Of a stretch of 59,739 nucleotides of DNA, positions 35,950-45,599 are shown piece after piece. The stretch's first letter is position 1; each line of letters starts with the position of its first letter. The stretch is from contig CAZPMC010000009.1 in assembly GCA_964587755.1 (NCBI GenBank), forward strand, positions 259 through 59,997, written 5' to 3'. The notes below the pieces were generated by a model, which saw nothing but the letters and a program-made list of their open reading frames with translations, did not search any database and was not told the origin of the DNA. The DNA is from an uncultured Oscillospiraceae bacterium (GTDB lineage: Bacteria; Bacillota; Clostridia; Acetivibrionales; DTU013). Both the position numbers and the translations under genes were made by a program.

Positions 35950-37170
35950 GTGCGGATTTTGAACATAGTTGTCAGAGAGTTTATCCCTTTAATTTTAGGT
36001 AGTGATATAAATACATACAGCATGTCCAGAGCGTTTTATGAAGAATACGGAGTAAAGTCCATAGTTATCGGCAAATCCAATACAGGTCCAAGCTGCCATA
36101 GCAGGATTATAGACTTTCGCTTTGTTCCGGATTTGGACAAGCAGGAGGTATTTATTAATGCAATCAACAGTACGGCTTTGGAGCATCAGGACAAAAAAAT
36201 TATATTAATTGGCTGTGGTGACAACTACGTAGAGCTGATAATAAAGAACAAGGCACTGCTTTTGGAAAATATAATCGCCCCATATGTTGATGAAGAGCTA
36301 ATGCATAAGCTTCTGACGAAGCTTGAGTTTTACAAGATGTGCGACCGCCATGGAATTGATTACCCCGCTACATTTATATATGACAAGCAGGTGGGTGATA
36401 GCTTTGAGCTGCCCTTTGGGTTTCCGGTCATCGTTAAGCCTTCAAACGGTATCAAATATTGGGAGCATGCATTTGACACTCAAAAGAAGGTATATAAGCT
36501 TGGAAGCATGGGAGAGCTCATAAAAGTGCTGAGGCAGATATACGAAGCCGGCTATGATGATCAAATGATAATACAGGATTTTATCCCCGGAGACGACTCT
36601 TATCTAAGGGTTATGATCTGCTACAGCGGCAAGGACAAGAAGGTTAAGCTAATGTCTTTAGGCCATGTGATGCTGGAGGAGCATACCCCCCACGGTTTGG
36701 GAAATACTGCGGTGATGATAAATGAATACAACCCGGAGCTTTCCGAAACACTCAGGTGCTTTCTTGACGGTATAGGGTATACAGGCTACTCCACCTTCGA
36801 TATAAAGTATGATAAGAGAGACGGAAAATTCAAAATACTTGAGATGAATCTCAGGCAAGGCAGAAGTAATTATTATGTCACTGCCGCAGGTCACAATCTC
36901 GCAAAATATGTGGCTGAGGATTACATTTACAATAAGGAGCTTAAGACCGAAATAGCAAACTCCATAAACCTGTGGACCGTTATTCCCCATAATGTAACTT
37001 TGAAGCATGTAAGGGGAGAGGAGAATATTAATATGATAAAGGAGCTCATTAAGCAGGGAAGGGTTAGTAACTCGTTGCTTTTGAAAGGTGACAACAAGCT
37101 TAAGCGCATGTTGTATTTGTATAAATCCCAATTGAGTCACTATTTTAAATTCAGAAAGTATTTGAGTTAA
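35950..37170 (+). CDS. ATP-grasp domain carboxylate-amine ligase
   Basis: 406 aa. It has the pre-ATP-grasp and ATP-grasp layout (FPVIVKPSNG, MIIQDFIPGDD, FKILEMNLRQGRSNYY). The start could instead be the in-frame TTG at 35959. Confidence 0.75.
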   Translation: MRILNIVVREFIPLILGSDINTYSMSRAFYEEYGVKSIVIGKSNTGPSCHSRIIDFRFVPDLDKQEVFINAINSTALEHQDKKIILIGCGDNYVELIIKNKALLLENIIAPYVDEELMHKLLTKLEFYKMCDRHGIDYPATFIYDKQVGDSFELPFGFPVIVKPSNGIKYWEHAFDTQKKVYKLGSMGELIKVLRQIYEAGYDDQMIIQDFIPGDDSYLRVMICYSGKDKKVKLMSLGHVMLEEHTPHGLGNTAVMINEYNPELSETLRCFLDGIGYTGYSTFDIKYDKRDGKFKILEMNLRQGRSNYYVTAAGHNLAKYVAEDYIYNKELKTEIANSINLWTVIPHNVTLKHVRGEENINMIKELIKQGRVSNSLLLKGDNKLKRMLYLYKSQLSHYFKFRKYLS

Positions 37171-37200
37171 TCTAAAGACAAATTTTTAAGAGGTGAAAAG

Positions 37201-38241
37201 TTGGATATTAATTTTAAAAAGAAGTATGAGCAGTTTTTACAAAAAAGTCCTAAAGGGCATTTTATGCAATCGCCTCAATGGGCACAGGTAAAATCATTTT
37301 GGAAAAATGAAGTAGTTACAGTGGAGGACGAGAAGGGCAATATCAAGGGTTCCATGAGCCTGTTGATCAGGAAAATCCCGGTATTGCCATTTACTATAAT
37401 GTATTCCCCCAGAGGTCCTGTCTGCGATTCCCACAATGCAGAAACAATTAAACAACTGCTGCAAAAATGCAAGCTTATTGCAAAGAAGCACAGAAGCTAT
37501 GTCCTAAAGATGGACCCTGACATTGAGATAGAGGATACACAGTTTGAGCGGATTGTAAGGGACATGGGCTTTAAGGTAAGCAGAGGTCTGAAAAACTATG
37601 AGGGCATCCAGCCAAGATTTGTATTCAGACTGGATTTGAGGAACAAAACTGAAGAGCAGATTATGAAGGACTTTCACCATAAAGTCAGATATAATATCAG
37701 GCTTTCTGAAAGAAGGGGCGTTGTAATTAAGACAGGTACAAGAGAAGATGTGGAAATATTCCACAGGATGATTGTGGAAACAGGTATTCGCGACAATTTT
37801 GTAGTCCGGAGCAAGGAATATTACCAGCAGGTATTTGACGCTTTTGCACCGGACCATGTAAGAGTGTTTTTGGCGTATTATGAAGACAAGCCTATAGCCG
37901 GAACAATAGCCATTTTATACGGCAACAAATGCTGGTATTTATATGGTGCCAGTATAAATGAGCACAGAAATCTCATGCCCAATTATCTTCTGCAGTGGAA
38001 TATGATTAAATGGGCACTTGAATCAGGCTGTGATATTTATGACTTTAGAGGTGTCCCTGGCGATTTGGATGAGAACAATCCAATGTACGGGCTTTATAAG
38101 TTTAAGGTAGGCTTTAAGGGGAAATTTACTGAGTTTATCGGAATGCTGGACTATGTTTTCAACCCCTTTGTGTATTTTTGTGCTGAAAAAGGCATTACCG
38201 CATTTAGGGAACTAAGAAGAAAAATATATAAGAGAAAGTAA
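37201..38241 (+). CDS. FemAB family peptidoglycan bridge-forming aminoacyltransferase
   Basis: 346 aa. FMQSPQWAQVK, the GNAT-like duplicated fold, and YLYGASINEHRNLMPNYLLQWNMIKWA...YDFRGV are typical of FemX/MurM-type enzymes. Confidence 0.85.
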   Translation: MDINFKKKYEQFLQKSPKGHFMQSPQWAQVKSFWKNEVVTVEDEKGNIKGSMSLLIRKIPVLPFTIMYSPRGPVCDSHNAETIKQLLQKCKLIAKKHRSYVLKMDPDIEIEDTQFERIVRDMGFKVSRGLKNYEGIQPRFVFRLDLRNKTEEQIMKDFHHKVRYNIRLSERRGVVIKTGTREDVEIFHRMIVETGIRDNFVVRSKEYYQQVFDAFAPDHVRVFLAYYEDKPIAGTIAILYGNKCWYLYGASINEHRNLMPNYLLQWNMIKWALESGCDIYDFRGVPGDLDENNPMYGLYKFKVGFKGKFTEFIGMLDYVFNPFVYFCAEKGITAFRELRRKIYKRK

Positions 38242-38248
38242 GATAAAA

Positions 38249-39943
38249 GTGGACAGACAATCTAATGCAAAAGGGTTTACAATATTAAGTGCTGCCAGCA
38301 TCATCAATAAGCTGCTGGGTGTATTGTATGTACCCATTTTGACGCTTATACTAGGAAATGTGGGAAATGGTATTTATAATGCAGGCTATACTATTTATCA
38401 GCTTGTGTTTATGATAACAAATGCAGGTATACCTGTAGCAATCTCAAAGCTTATTTCAGAGCAGGTGGCAGCCGGCAAATATGATGTTTCATACCGGACA
38501 CTAAAAATATCAGGTATACTGCTTGTTTCAATTGGCGCGGTTACAAGCATTTTAACAGGTGTTTTTGCAAAGCCGCTGTCCCAATTAATCGGATGGCCGG
38601 AGTCTTTTATGACAATATTGGCATTGTCACCTACGATGCTATTTACTGCTATTTCCTGCACCTTCAGAGGATATTTTCAGGGGCGTTCAAATATGGTACC
38701 CACAGGAATTTCTCAAATTATAGAACAGGCCTTAAACACCACTTTAACAATACTTTTTGCATGGCTTATGTACCGTTACGGATATAACTATGCAATTGCT
38801 CAAGGGATAACAGGTGAAGCCGAAATAAACCTGGAGGCAGTGAAATTTGCAGCAGCAGGTGGAACGGTAGGTACCTCCTTAGGCGCTCTGGGAAGCGCAT
38901 TGTACTTATATAGGCGGTATATAAAAAGCAAAGCCGATATTCTAAAGGAAATAGCTCAATCTATAGTAGATGAGGAATTTGTATACTCTGCAAAAAAGAT
39001 ACTAAAAAAGATATTCCAATATTCAATACCTATTACATTAGGCTCTGTAGCTATTTACACAGCTAACCTTATCGACCTGAGCTTCACAAAAACAAGGCTG
39101 ATAAAAAGTGGCTTTACTACCACCGAGGCAAGCGCTCTTTATGGAATATTTTCAACACAGTATCTAAAGGTGCTTTTCATACCTGTTACAATTGCAACAG
39201 CGCTGGCCACAACTATACTCCCGTCAATTTCTGCCGCTTCGGCAGTTGGCAACATCGGACTTTTAAGAAGAAGAATATCCAAAAGTATTAAAACAATTCT
39301 TATGATATCCATACCTGCGGCTGCAGGAATGGCTTTAATGGCACAGCCGATAATAAATATCCTGTTTCCTACTGCCCCCGACGGGGCGGACCTTTTGATG
39401 ATGGGCTCGTGGACACTGATTCTCATATCTATGGTATCTATTCAGACGGCTATCCTGCAGGGAATCGGAAAGACATATATCCCTACCATACATCTGGTGA
39501 CGGGGCTTGTTGTAAAGCTTATTGTTAATTATAATTTAATTGCAATTAGGGCTATTAATATAAAAGGAGCATTGATAGGCAGTGCAGCCTGTTACATATT
39601 AGCATTTTATTTAAATTACAGATCAATCAAAAAGCACACAGGTGTCAGACTGGATGTCAAGAAGCTTTTTAACAGGCCTCTTAGCGTATCAATTATCATG
39701 GGGATTTTGGTTAAGTTAATCTATGAGGGATTTACATTTATGACAGACTGGCTTATTAAATCGGTATTCATCCAGAGTGTAATCTGCGGAGGATTGGCGA
39801 TTTTAGCCGGCTGCTTCATCTACTATCTTCTTATGATTGTCGCAAGGGGAATTACAGCGGATGATATTAAGAGCCTGCCAATGGGGAATAAAATATTGGC
39901 GGCAACTAAAAAGATAAGCTTTGTAGAGAAGTATCTGGATTAA
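38249..39943 (+). CDS. MurJ/SpoVB-type (MOP superfamily) polysaccharide/lipid II flippase
   Basis: 564 aa, about 14 TM helices. The N-terminus GFTILSAASIINKLLGVLYVPIL is typical of the SpoVB/polysaccharide biosynthesis protein family. Confidence 0.82.
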   Translation: MDRQSNAKGFTILSAASIINKLLGVLYVPILTLILGNVGNGIYNAGYTIYQLVFMITNAGIPVAISKLISEQVAAGKYDVSYRTLKISGILLVSIGAVTSILTGVFAKPLSQLIGWPESFMTILALSPTMLFTAISCTFRGYFQGRSNMVPTGISQIIEQALNTTLTILFAWLMYRYGYNYAIAQGITGEAEINLEAVKFAAAGGTVGTSLGALGSALYLYRRYIKSKADILKEIAQSIVDEEFVYSAKKILKKIFQYSIPITLGSVAIYTANLIDLSFTKTRLIKSGFTTTEASALYGIFSTQYLKVLFIPVTIATALATTILPSISAASAVGNIGLLRRRISKSIKTILMISIPAAAGMALMAQPIINILFPTAPDGADLLMMGSWTLILISMVSIQTAILQGIGKTYIPTIHLVTGLVVKLIVNYNLIAIRAINIKGALIGSAACYILAFYLNYRSIKKHTGVRLDVKKLFNRPLSVSIIMGILVKLIYEGFTFMTDWLIKSVFIQSVICGGLAILAGCFIYYLLMIVARGITADDIKSLPMGNKILAATKKISFVEKYLD

Positions 39944-39949
39944 CAGGTT

Positions 39950-40126
39950 GTAGCCGTTACTGCGCAGATGTTGGTATTGCAGCCGTGTTGACCCATCATG
40001 CTTCGAAGCAGGAAACAGTAACCTCCATAAACGGCACTGCCGGTCCATGATTGTGAAGCAGCTATCAACCGCCGCATTTCAGCTTCGACATTATTTCACA
40101 GTCTGTAGCTTCAGTGCCTGGCACTG
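39950..40126. repeat. GC-rich composite non-coding repeat element (copy C), overlapping the 3' end of the carboxypeptidase gene
   Basis: AACCTCCATAAACGGCACTGCCGGTC 40020-40045; CCGCCGCATTTCAGC 40069-40083 (inverted relative to copy B); ATTTCACAGTCTGTA 40093-40107; perfect 15-bp palindrome CAGTGCCTGGCACTG 40112-40126. Confidence 0.7.
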
Positions 40127-41448
40127 TAAATGTTTCTTCTCTTAACTCTTCTTGATATTCTTTTAAGAATTGTCCTAAGTATGACCAGCCCGCAGGAGGC
40201 TAATAAAATATAGAGCAGGATGAAGGAGTAGGATGAGTCCTTTGCAGCAGTTTGATCGGCTTGACTGGTTAACTGAGCAGGTAATGCCGGAACAGATTTG
40301 GCTGCAACTATATCCACATATCCTAGAAGTGAATCATTGTAGTAGTACTCTGCCTTACCAAGAATGTCACCCTTTTCTATGGGAGCTTTTATTGAATTGT
40401 CTATTGTAAAATTTGTTTTTACATCCTGAGCACTTGCATCTATTGGAAGCACAGCTTTCATGTCAGAGTTTAGCACCAGCTCAAGAACCGAGTCGTGAGC
40501 TTCGGCATTTTCAACGTATACAGTAGTGATATGCTTGCCCTTTTTGGCAATCTCATTAAAGGAGAAGTTTTCAAATCCGTATCTAAGCAGTTCTTTTGAA
40601 TAGCCGTATATTTTGTTTGGCTGGGTAACATGCATTATCACCGATATAAGCTCCATGCCGTCCTCGCCGGTTGCGGCTGAAACCAGGTTGTTCCCGGCGG
40701 CAGCAGTGTAGCCTGTTTTCACACCTATTACTGTGTACTTATGGTCCGTATCACCTATTTTGTATGGGTATGTGTTATCATACCAAAGCAGTTGGTTGGT
40801 ATTCCTAAGGATTCCCCAATCATCGTGCTTATTTGTTTGTGGCATATCATTGTAATATTCTGTGGAGACGATTTGTCTAAACTTGGGGATTAACATGGCA
40901 TAACGGGCGAAGGCAGCCATATCCCTGGCAGTAGTCAGGTGATCGGCATCTTCCTTTTCCGTATCCTTGCCGCTTGCGTTGACAAAATTGGTATTGAAAG
41001 CACCAAGCTCGAGAGCTTTCTGATTCATCATTTCAATAAATTCTTTTCTTGATGGGGCAACATTTTCCGCAATTATATTTGCAGCCTCATTTGCAGATTT
41101 TATTAAAAGAAGGTTTAACATATTGTCAAGGGTCAGGCCTTCTTCACCTGCCATGATTCCAACGTTCATACCGCCTTTACCTATATCAAAAACAGCGCTT
41201 TGAGAAACACTCATCTCCTGCTTTAGGTCGCCATTTTCAAGGGCTACTATTGCAGTCATTATCTTTGTGGTGCTGGCAGGGCGGAGTCTTTGGTCTGCAT
41301 TTTGCTCTGCAAGAACCTGACCTGTCTTTATATCAATAAGTATATAGGGAATATCGCTGGGGATATTAATGGCTTGGGCCCATGATATGCATGGATAAAG
41401 CAGTATAAATAAAAGCATCAGTAAAAACATTAAACGAATTTTCATCAT
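40111..41448 (-). CDS. D-alanyl-D-alanine carboxypeptidase (peptidase S11, PBP5-like)
   Basis: Signal peptide; SxxK (PASTTKIMT), SxN (IKSANEAAN) and KTG (GVKTGYT) motifs; C-terminal TM anchor. Confidence 0.9.
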   Translation of the reverse strand: MMKIRLMFLLMLLFILLYPCISWAQAINIPSDIPYILIDIKTGQVLAEQNADQRLRPASTTKIMTAIVALENGDLKQEMSVSQSAVFDIGKGGMNVGIMAGEEGLTLDNMLNLLLIKSANEAANIIAENVAPSRKEFIEMMNQKALELGAFNTNFVNASGKDTEKEDADHLTTARDMAAFARYAMLIPKFRQIVSTEYYNDMPQTNKHDDWGILRNTNQLLWYDNTYPYKIGDTDHKYTVIGVKTGYTAAAGNNLVSAATGEDGMELISVIMHVTQPNKIYGYSKELLRYGFENFSFNEIAKKGKHITTVYVENAEAHDSVLELVLNSDMKAVLPIDASAQDVKTNFTIDNSIKAPIEKGDILGKAEYYYNDSLLGYVDIVAAKSVPALPAQLTSQADQTAAKDSSYSFILLYILLASCGLVILRTILKRISRRVKRRNIYSARH

Positions 41449-41521
41449 TTGTTCTCCGTAAGGTGTGTTTTTATTGGTGTGTTTTTTTTATTTTAACATT
41501 TATCAAAGGAACCTTCAACGC

Positions 41522-41546
41522 TAAACGCAGGACTATTGCCCGATAT
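41522..41546 (+). promoter_or_regulatory. Possible sigma-D-like promoter upstream of the CapA::VanX gene
   Basis: TAAA 41522-41525, 14 nt, CCGATAT 41540-41546. The spacing is slightly short of the B. subtilis consensus. Confidence 0.2.
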
Positions 41547-41661
41547 AACGAATTTGCTTGAAATTTAATCTTAATATATGGTAAAAAAGATGTGTAGGTG
41601 CAAAGAATATAGTACAATATACACAACATAACAATTTGAATGTCAGGAGGAAAATTTCTAA

Positions 41662-43377
41662 ATGAATCCCCGCGTTTTTTTTAGGACAGTATTTTTAGTA
41701 GTGCTTATCTCAGCTGTGGCGTTTGCAGTGTATGCAAACATTGCCGGCAAGGATGATACTAAAATAGTGCTGCCAAATGACACCTTATCTACAGGTGCAT
41801 TAAATGCTGATGTTAACAAGGACAATGAGGGCGATAAGGAGATTTTAGAGCCTGTTTACATAAAGGAAAATGTAATTATAAAAATAAGCGCATTAGGAGA
41901 TGTTGCGCTGGGGCAGGATCTACGCTTTAATTACACTGACTCCTTTGATTACGTCTTTGAAAAGCAGGAGGGTAATTATGAGTATTTCTTTTCGAATGTT
42001 GCAGACGTGTTGTCCCAAGATGATCTGACCATTGCAAATCTTGAGACAACTCTTAGCGTTGAGACCGAGAAGGCTGAGAAATATGATTATGGGAACAATT
42101 ACTGGTTCCTTGGCAAGCCCGAATATGCAAACATACTCAGGGCAGGAAGCGTTGAGGCGGTAAACTTAGCCAACAATCATACATACGATTATGGACAAGC
42201 AGGATATGATTCTACCAGGGAAGCGCTAAAGGCGGCAGGTGTAGAATATTTCGGATATAATGATGTTTTAGTTAAGGAGATAAAAGGAATAAAGATTGGA
42301 ATGATTGGCTTCAATCAGCTTGGCAGATATGAAGAAGGTCTTGATATGGACGTCTTCAAAAAGGAAGTGAAGGAGCTGACTGAGAAGCTAAGAGACCAGT
42401 GTGACCTTTTAATAGCAAACTTCCATTGGGGAGAAGAGTATAAATACATCCAAAATGCTCTCCAGCAGGAGCTGGCTTATCTGGCAATTGACTCCGGGGC
42501 TGATTTGGTAATAGGGCACCATCCTCATTTTCTCCAACCGATAGAAAAATATAAAGGCAAATACATTTGTTACAGCCTGGGGAATTTTTGCTACGGAGGG
42601 GTTAAAAAGCCTAAAGACGGAGATTATGACACGGTTATTTACCAGCAGAATTTTGTGTTTGACTCAGACAATGTCTTACAGCCATTGGATGAACCTTTTA
42701 TCTATCCATGCTCTATATCTTCGTCCAAGGGCTTCAATGACTACAGGCCAAAACTGGCGGTAGAACCGCAGTTTAGCAAAGTATGTGAAAAAATGAATTT
42801 CACACCAACACTAACAGATGAGCAAATTGCAGCGAAAGCAGCCAAAACAGATATGGTAAAGCTTGCGGCTGCAGTTAAGAATGTAGAGATCGAACTAAAA
42901 TACTACACAACTGATAATGTTGCAGGGAAAAGAGTCTATGAATCGGACGTGGCCTATATAAGAAAGGGTACTGCAGATAAGCTTGATAAAGCCAACAAAA
43001 TCCTTATGAAGCAGGGCTACAGGTTAAAGGTGTGGGATGCCTACAGGCCCCAGAAGGCTCAGGAGATTTTATATGAATTCGCCAAAAACGTATTCCTGGA
43101 CCCAAAGATAGGTTCGGTGCATACAAGAGGCGGGGCTGTGGATGTCACCCTTGTTGATGCTGACGGAAATGAATTGGACATGCCAAGCGGGCATGACGAT
43201 CCCACAAGAAAGGCTTACAGGACATACGAAGAAGCTACACCGGAGCAGAAGAGGAACGCGCTTATACTTGAAAACGCCATGAAGGAAAGTGGATTTATAC
43301 CACTTAAAACAGAGTGGTGGCATTTTGACGACTCAGACTACAAAAGTTATAAGCTTCTGCCCGATTATAAAGAATAA
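41662..43377 (+). CDS. Fusion protein: CapA-like metallophosphoesterase domain + VanX-type D-Ala-D-Ala dipeptidase (peptidase M15D) domain
   Basis: N-terminal TM anchor. CapA/PGA_cap motifs (ISALGDVALG, NLANNHTYDYG, NFHWGEEY, VIGHHPH). The C-terminal roughly 175 aa carry AYRPQKAQ, SVHTRGGAVD (43114-43143) and EWWHFD (43312-43329). Confidence 0.8.
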   Translation: MNPRVFFRTVFLVVLISAVAFAVYANIAGKDDTKIVLPNDTLSTGALNADVNKDNEGDKEILEPVYIKENVIIKISALGDVALGQDLRFNYTDSFDYVFEKQEGNYEYFFSNVADVLSQDDLTIANLETTLSVETEKAEKYDYGNNYWFLGKPEYANILRAGSVEAVNLANNHTYDYGQAGYDSTREALKAAGVEYFGYNDVLVKEIKGIKIGMIGFNQLGRYEEGLDMDVFKKEVKELTEKLRDQCDLLIANFHWGEEYKYIQNALQQELAYLAIDSGADLVIGHHPHFLQPIEKYKGKYICYSLGNFCYGGVKKPKDGDYDTVIYQQNFVFDSDNVLQPLDEPFIYPCSISSSKGFNDYRPKLAVEPQFSKVCEKMNFTPTLTDEQIAAKAAKTDMVKLAAAVKNVEIELKYYTTDNVAGKRVYESDVAYIRKGTADKLDKANKILMKQGYRLKVWDAYRPQKAQEILYEFAKNVFLDPKIGSVHTRGGAVDVTLVDADGNELDMPSGHDDPTRKAYRTYEEATPEQKRNALILENAMKESGFIPLKTEWWHFDDSDYKSYKLLPDYKE

Positions 43378-43398
43378 GAAAAGAACGCGAGGACAAAC

Positions 43399-44907
43399 AT
43401 GCAAAAATATTTACTTGAAGAATATATTGAGAGGCTTCATGGGAGCGGTCTGCTGCTTGAGCACAACTGCACCCTGGAGACAGTTAAGAGTACAATTGAA
43501 AATGTAGCATACGATTCAAGACAAACCAGCCGCGATACGCTGTTTATATGCAAGGGAGCAAATTTTAAGGAAGAATATCTGGAACAGGCGATCTCAAAGG
43601 GAGCTGTTGCCTATATCAGCCTTACTGACTACAATAAAAACATTCCGTGCATTTTGGTAAACGACATCAAGGCGGCATTGTCCCTTGCAGCAATTATTTT
43701 TTACAACAATCCTGGTGAAAAGCTCAAGCTTGTAGGAATTACAGGGACTAAAGGCAAATCCACAACAGCATATTATGTCAAATATATTTTAGATGAATAT
43801 TTGAAAAGCAGCCAATTACCCGAAGCAGGAATTATATCCTCGATCGACACATTTGATGGGATTATTAATCAGGAATCCCGCCTAACAACTCCCGAATCAC
43901 TGGAGCTGCAGATGCATTTTGGGAATGCAGTAAAAAGCGGACTCAAATACATGGTTATGGAGGCCTCAAGCCAGGCATTAAAATATGGCAGGCTCCATGA
44001 CGTTGACTTTGACGTGAGTGTTTTTCTAAATATATCGGAGGATCATATAAGCCCCATAGAGCATAGTGACATGGAGGATTATTTATCCTCTAAGCTCAAG
44101 ATATTCAACCATTCCAAGGTGACTTGCATAAATATTAATTCGGACAAGCTTAACAGGATAATGGAAGCCTCCGCTGCTTCAGGCAAGGTTTTGACCTTTG
44201 GGACAAAAGAGTCTGCAGATATATACGGCTACAACATCAACAAGGAAGGATTTGATACGGTTTTTAATGTCAGGTGCGACAGATTTGACAGGCAGTTTGT
44301 TCTTACAATGCCGGGTTTGTTTAATGTGGAAAATGCATTAGCTGCCATATCTGTGGCATATATATTACAAATACCTGAAGAATATATCTATACAGGTCTT
44401 AGAAAAGCCAGATCAAGCGGGCGGATGGAAATTTACTCAAATGAAAATAAGGACAGGATCGTAATAGTGGATTACGCACACAACAAGCTCAGCTTTACTA
44501 AGCTCTATGAAACAGTAAAGGCTGAGTTCCCAGGTAGAAAAATCTTTACTGTTTTCGGATGTCCCGGAGGCAAGGCACTTCTTAGGAGAAAGGACTTAGG
44601 GATATTAGCAGGGCTTCATTCCGACAAGGTGTTTCTCACAGCAGAGGACCCGGGACCGGAGAAGGCTCGTGAGATCAGCGAGGATATTGCCAGATATGTT
44701 AAGGAAAACAATAAAAGCTACGAAATCATTGACGACAGAGGAGAGGCTATAAGAAAGGCTATTTTATCTTCGGAACCAAACACTGTTATACTGATAACCG
44801 GCAAAGGAAATGAAACAAGACAGAAAATAGGAAGCCAGTATATTCCTGTCCCAAGTGATGTGGAGTATACCAAGATGTACTTGAGGGAGTTAGAACAAAC
44901 TCAATAG
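43399..44907 (+). CDS. murE: UDP-N-acetylmuramoyl-L-alanyl-D-glutamate--(diamino acid) ligase
   Basis: 502 aa Mur ligase with GITGTKGKSTT P-loop, MEASSQAL and DYAHN motifs. Confidence 0.88.
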   Translation: MQKYLLEEYIERLHGSGLLLEHNCTLETVKSTIENVAYDSRQTSRDTLFICKGANFKEEYLEQAISKGAVAYISLTDYNKNIPCILVNDIKAALSLAAIIFYNNPGEKLKLVGITGTKGKSTTAYYVKYILDEYLKSSQLPEAGIISSIDTFDGIINQESRLTTPESLELQMHFGNAVKSGLKYMVMEASSQALKYGRLHDVDFDVSVFLNISEDHISPIEHSDMEDYLSSKLKIFNHSKVTCININSDKLNRIMEASAASGKVLTFGTKESADIYGYNINKEGFDTVFNVRCDRFDRQFVLTMPGLFNVENALAAISVAYILQIPEEYIYTGLRKARSSGRMEIYSNENKDRIVIVDYAHNKLSFTKLYETVKAEFPGRKIFTVFGCPGGKALLRRKDLGILAGLHSDKVFLTAEDPGPEKAREISEDIARYVKENNKSYEIIDDRGEAIRKAILSSEPNTVILITGKGNETRQKIGSQYIPVPSDVEYTKMYLRELEQTQ

Positions 44908-44921
44908 ATGAGGTGTTATAT

Positions 44922-45599
44922 ATGAGTGAATTTATTCCTGAAATCAACGGCATCCTAAGAAGACATATGATCCGTGTACCTGAGGTGATATCTCAAGCCA
45001 GCGGAATCAGAATACTGGGCAGACTGATTAAATCTCTTTTGTTTTCAACTGATGTTGCAATTATCAAAAACTGCAACGCAAATGCAATTATCGCTGTTTA
45101 TCCCTTCACCCCACAACCGTCTATTACTCATTCCATTATTTCCGTGTCAGATGTACCTGTCTTTTGTGGAGTCGGAGGCGGTACAACTATGGGACAAAGA
45201 GTAATAAACCTGGCATTAGATGCTGAGTTCCAAGGGGCATTAGGGGTTGTTGTAAATGCACCGACAGCCAATGATATTATTACCCAGATCAGGGAAAAGA
45301 TTGACATACCTATAGTGGTAACAGTGGTTACAGAAAAAACGGATATAGCTGCAAGGCTTGAAGCCGGAGCATCAATAATAAATGTATCCGGAGCGGCTAA
45401 GACAGCCGGGATTGTCAGAAAGATCAGAGAACAGTTCCCTGAGGTACCTATAATTGCTACAGGCGGACCAACAGAGGAGACTATAATTGAAACAATCCGC
45501 GCGGGAGCTAATGCCATTACATACACTCCTCCGACAACTGCCGAGGTTTTTAAAAAGCTCATGGTGAAATACAGGTCTGATGAAAGCAATTTGCTGTAA
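44922..45599 (+). CDS. Conserved TIM-barrel-like protein of unknown function
   Basis: 225 aa with alternating beta/alpha pattern and Gly-rich phosphate-binding-like loops (CGVGGGTT, IIATGGPT). ATG 44922 lies 6 nt after AGGTG. I recognise no specific family. Confidence 0.6.
   Translation: MSEFIPEINGILRRHMIRVPEVISQASGIRILGRLIKSLLFSTDVAIIKNCNANAIIAVYPFTPQPSITHSIISVSDVPVFCGVGGGTTMGQRVINLALDAEFQGALGVVVNAPTANDIITQIREKIDIPIVVTVVTEKTDIAARLEAGASIINVSGAAKTAGIVRKIREQFPEVPIIATGGPTEETIIETIRAGANAITYTPPTTAEVFKKLMVKYRSDESNLL

Noticed and set aside
41662-44907. VanX-like domain as part of a vancomycin-resistance operon
   Set aside because: No vanH, vanA/B-type D-Ala-D-Lac ligase or vanRS genes are present. 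The neighbours are housekeeping cell-wall genes, and the domain is fused to CapA behind a membrane anchor.
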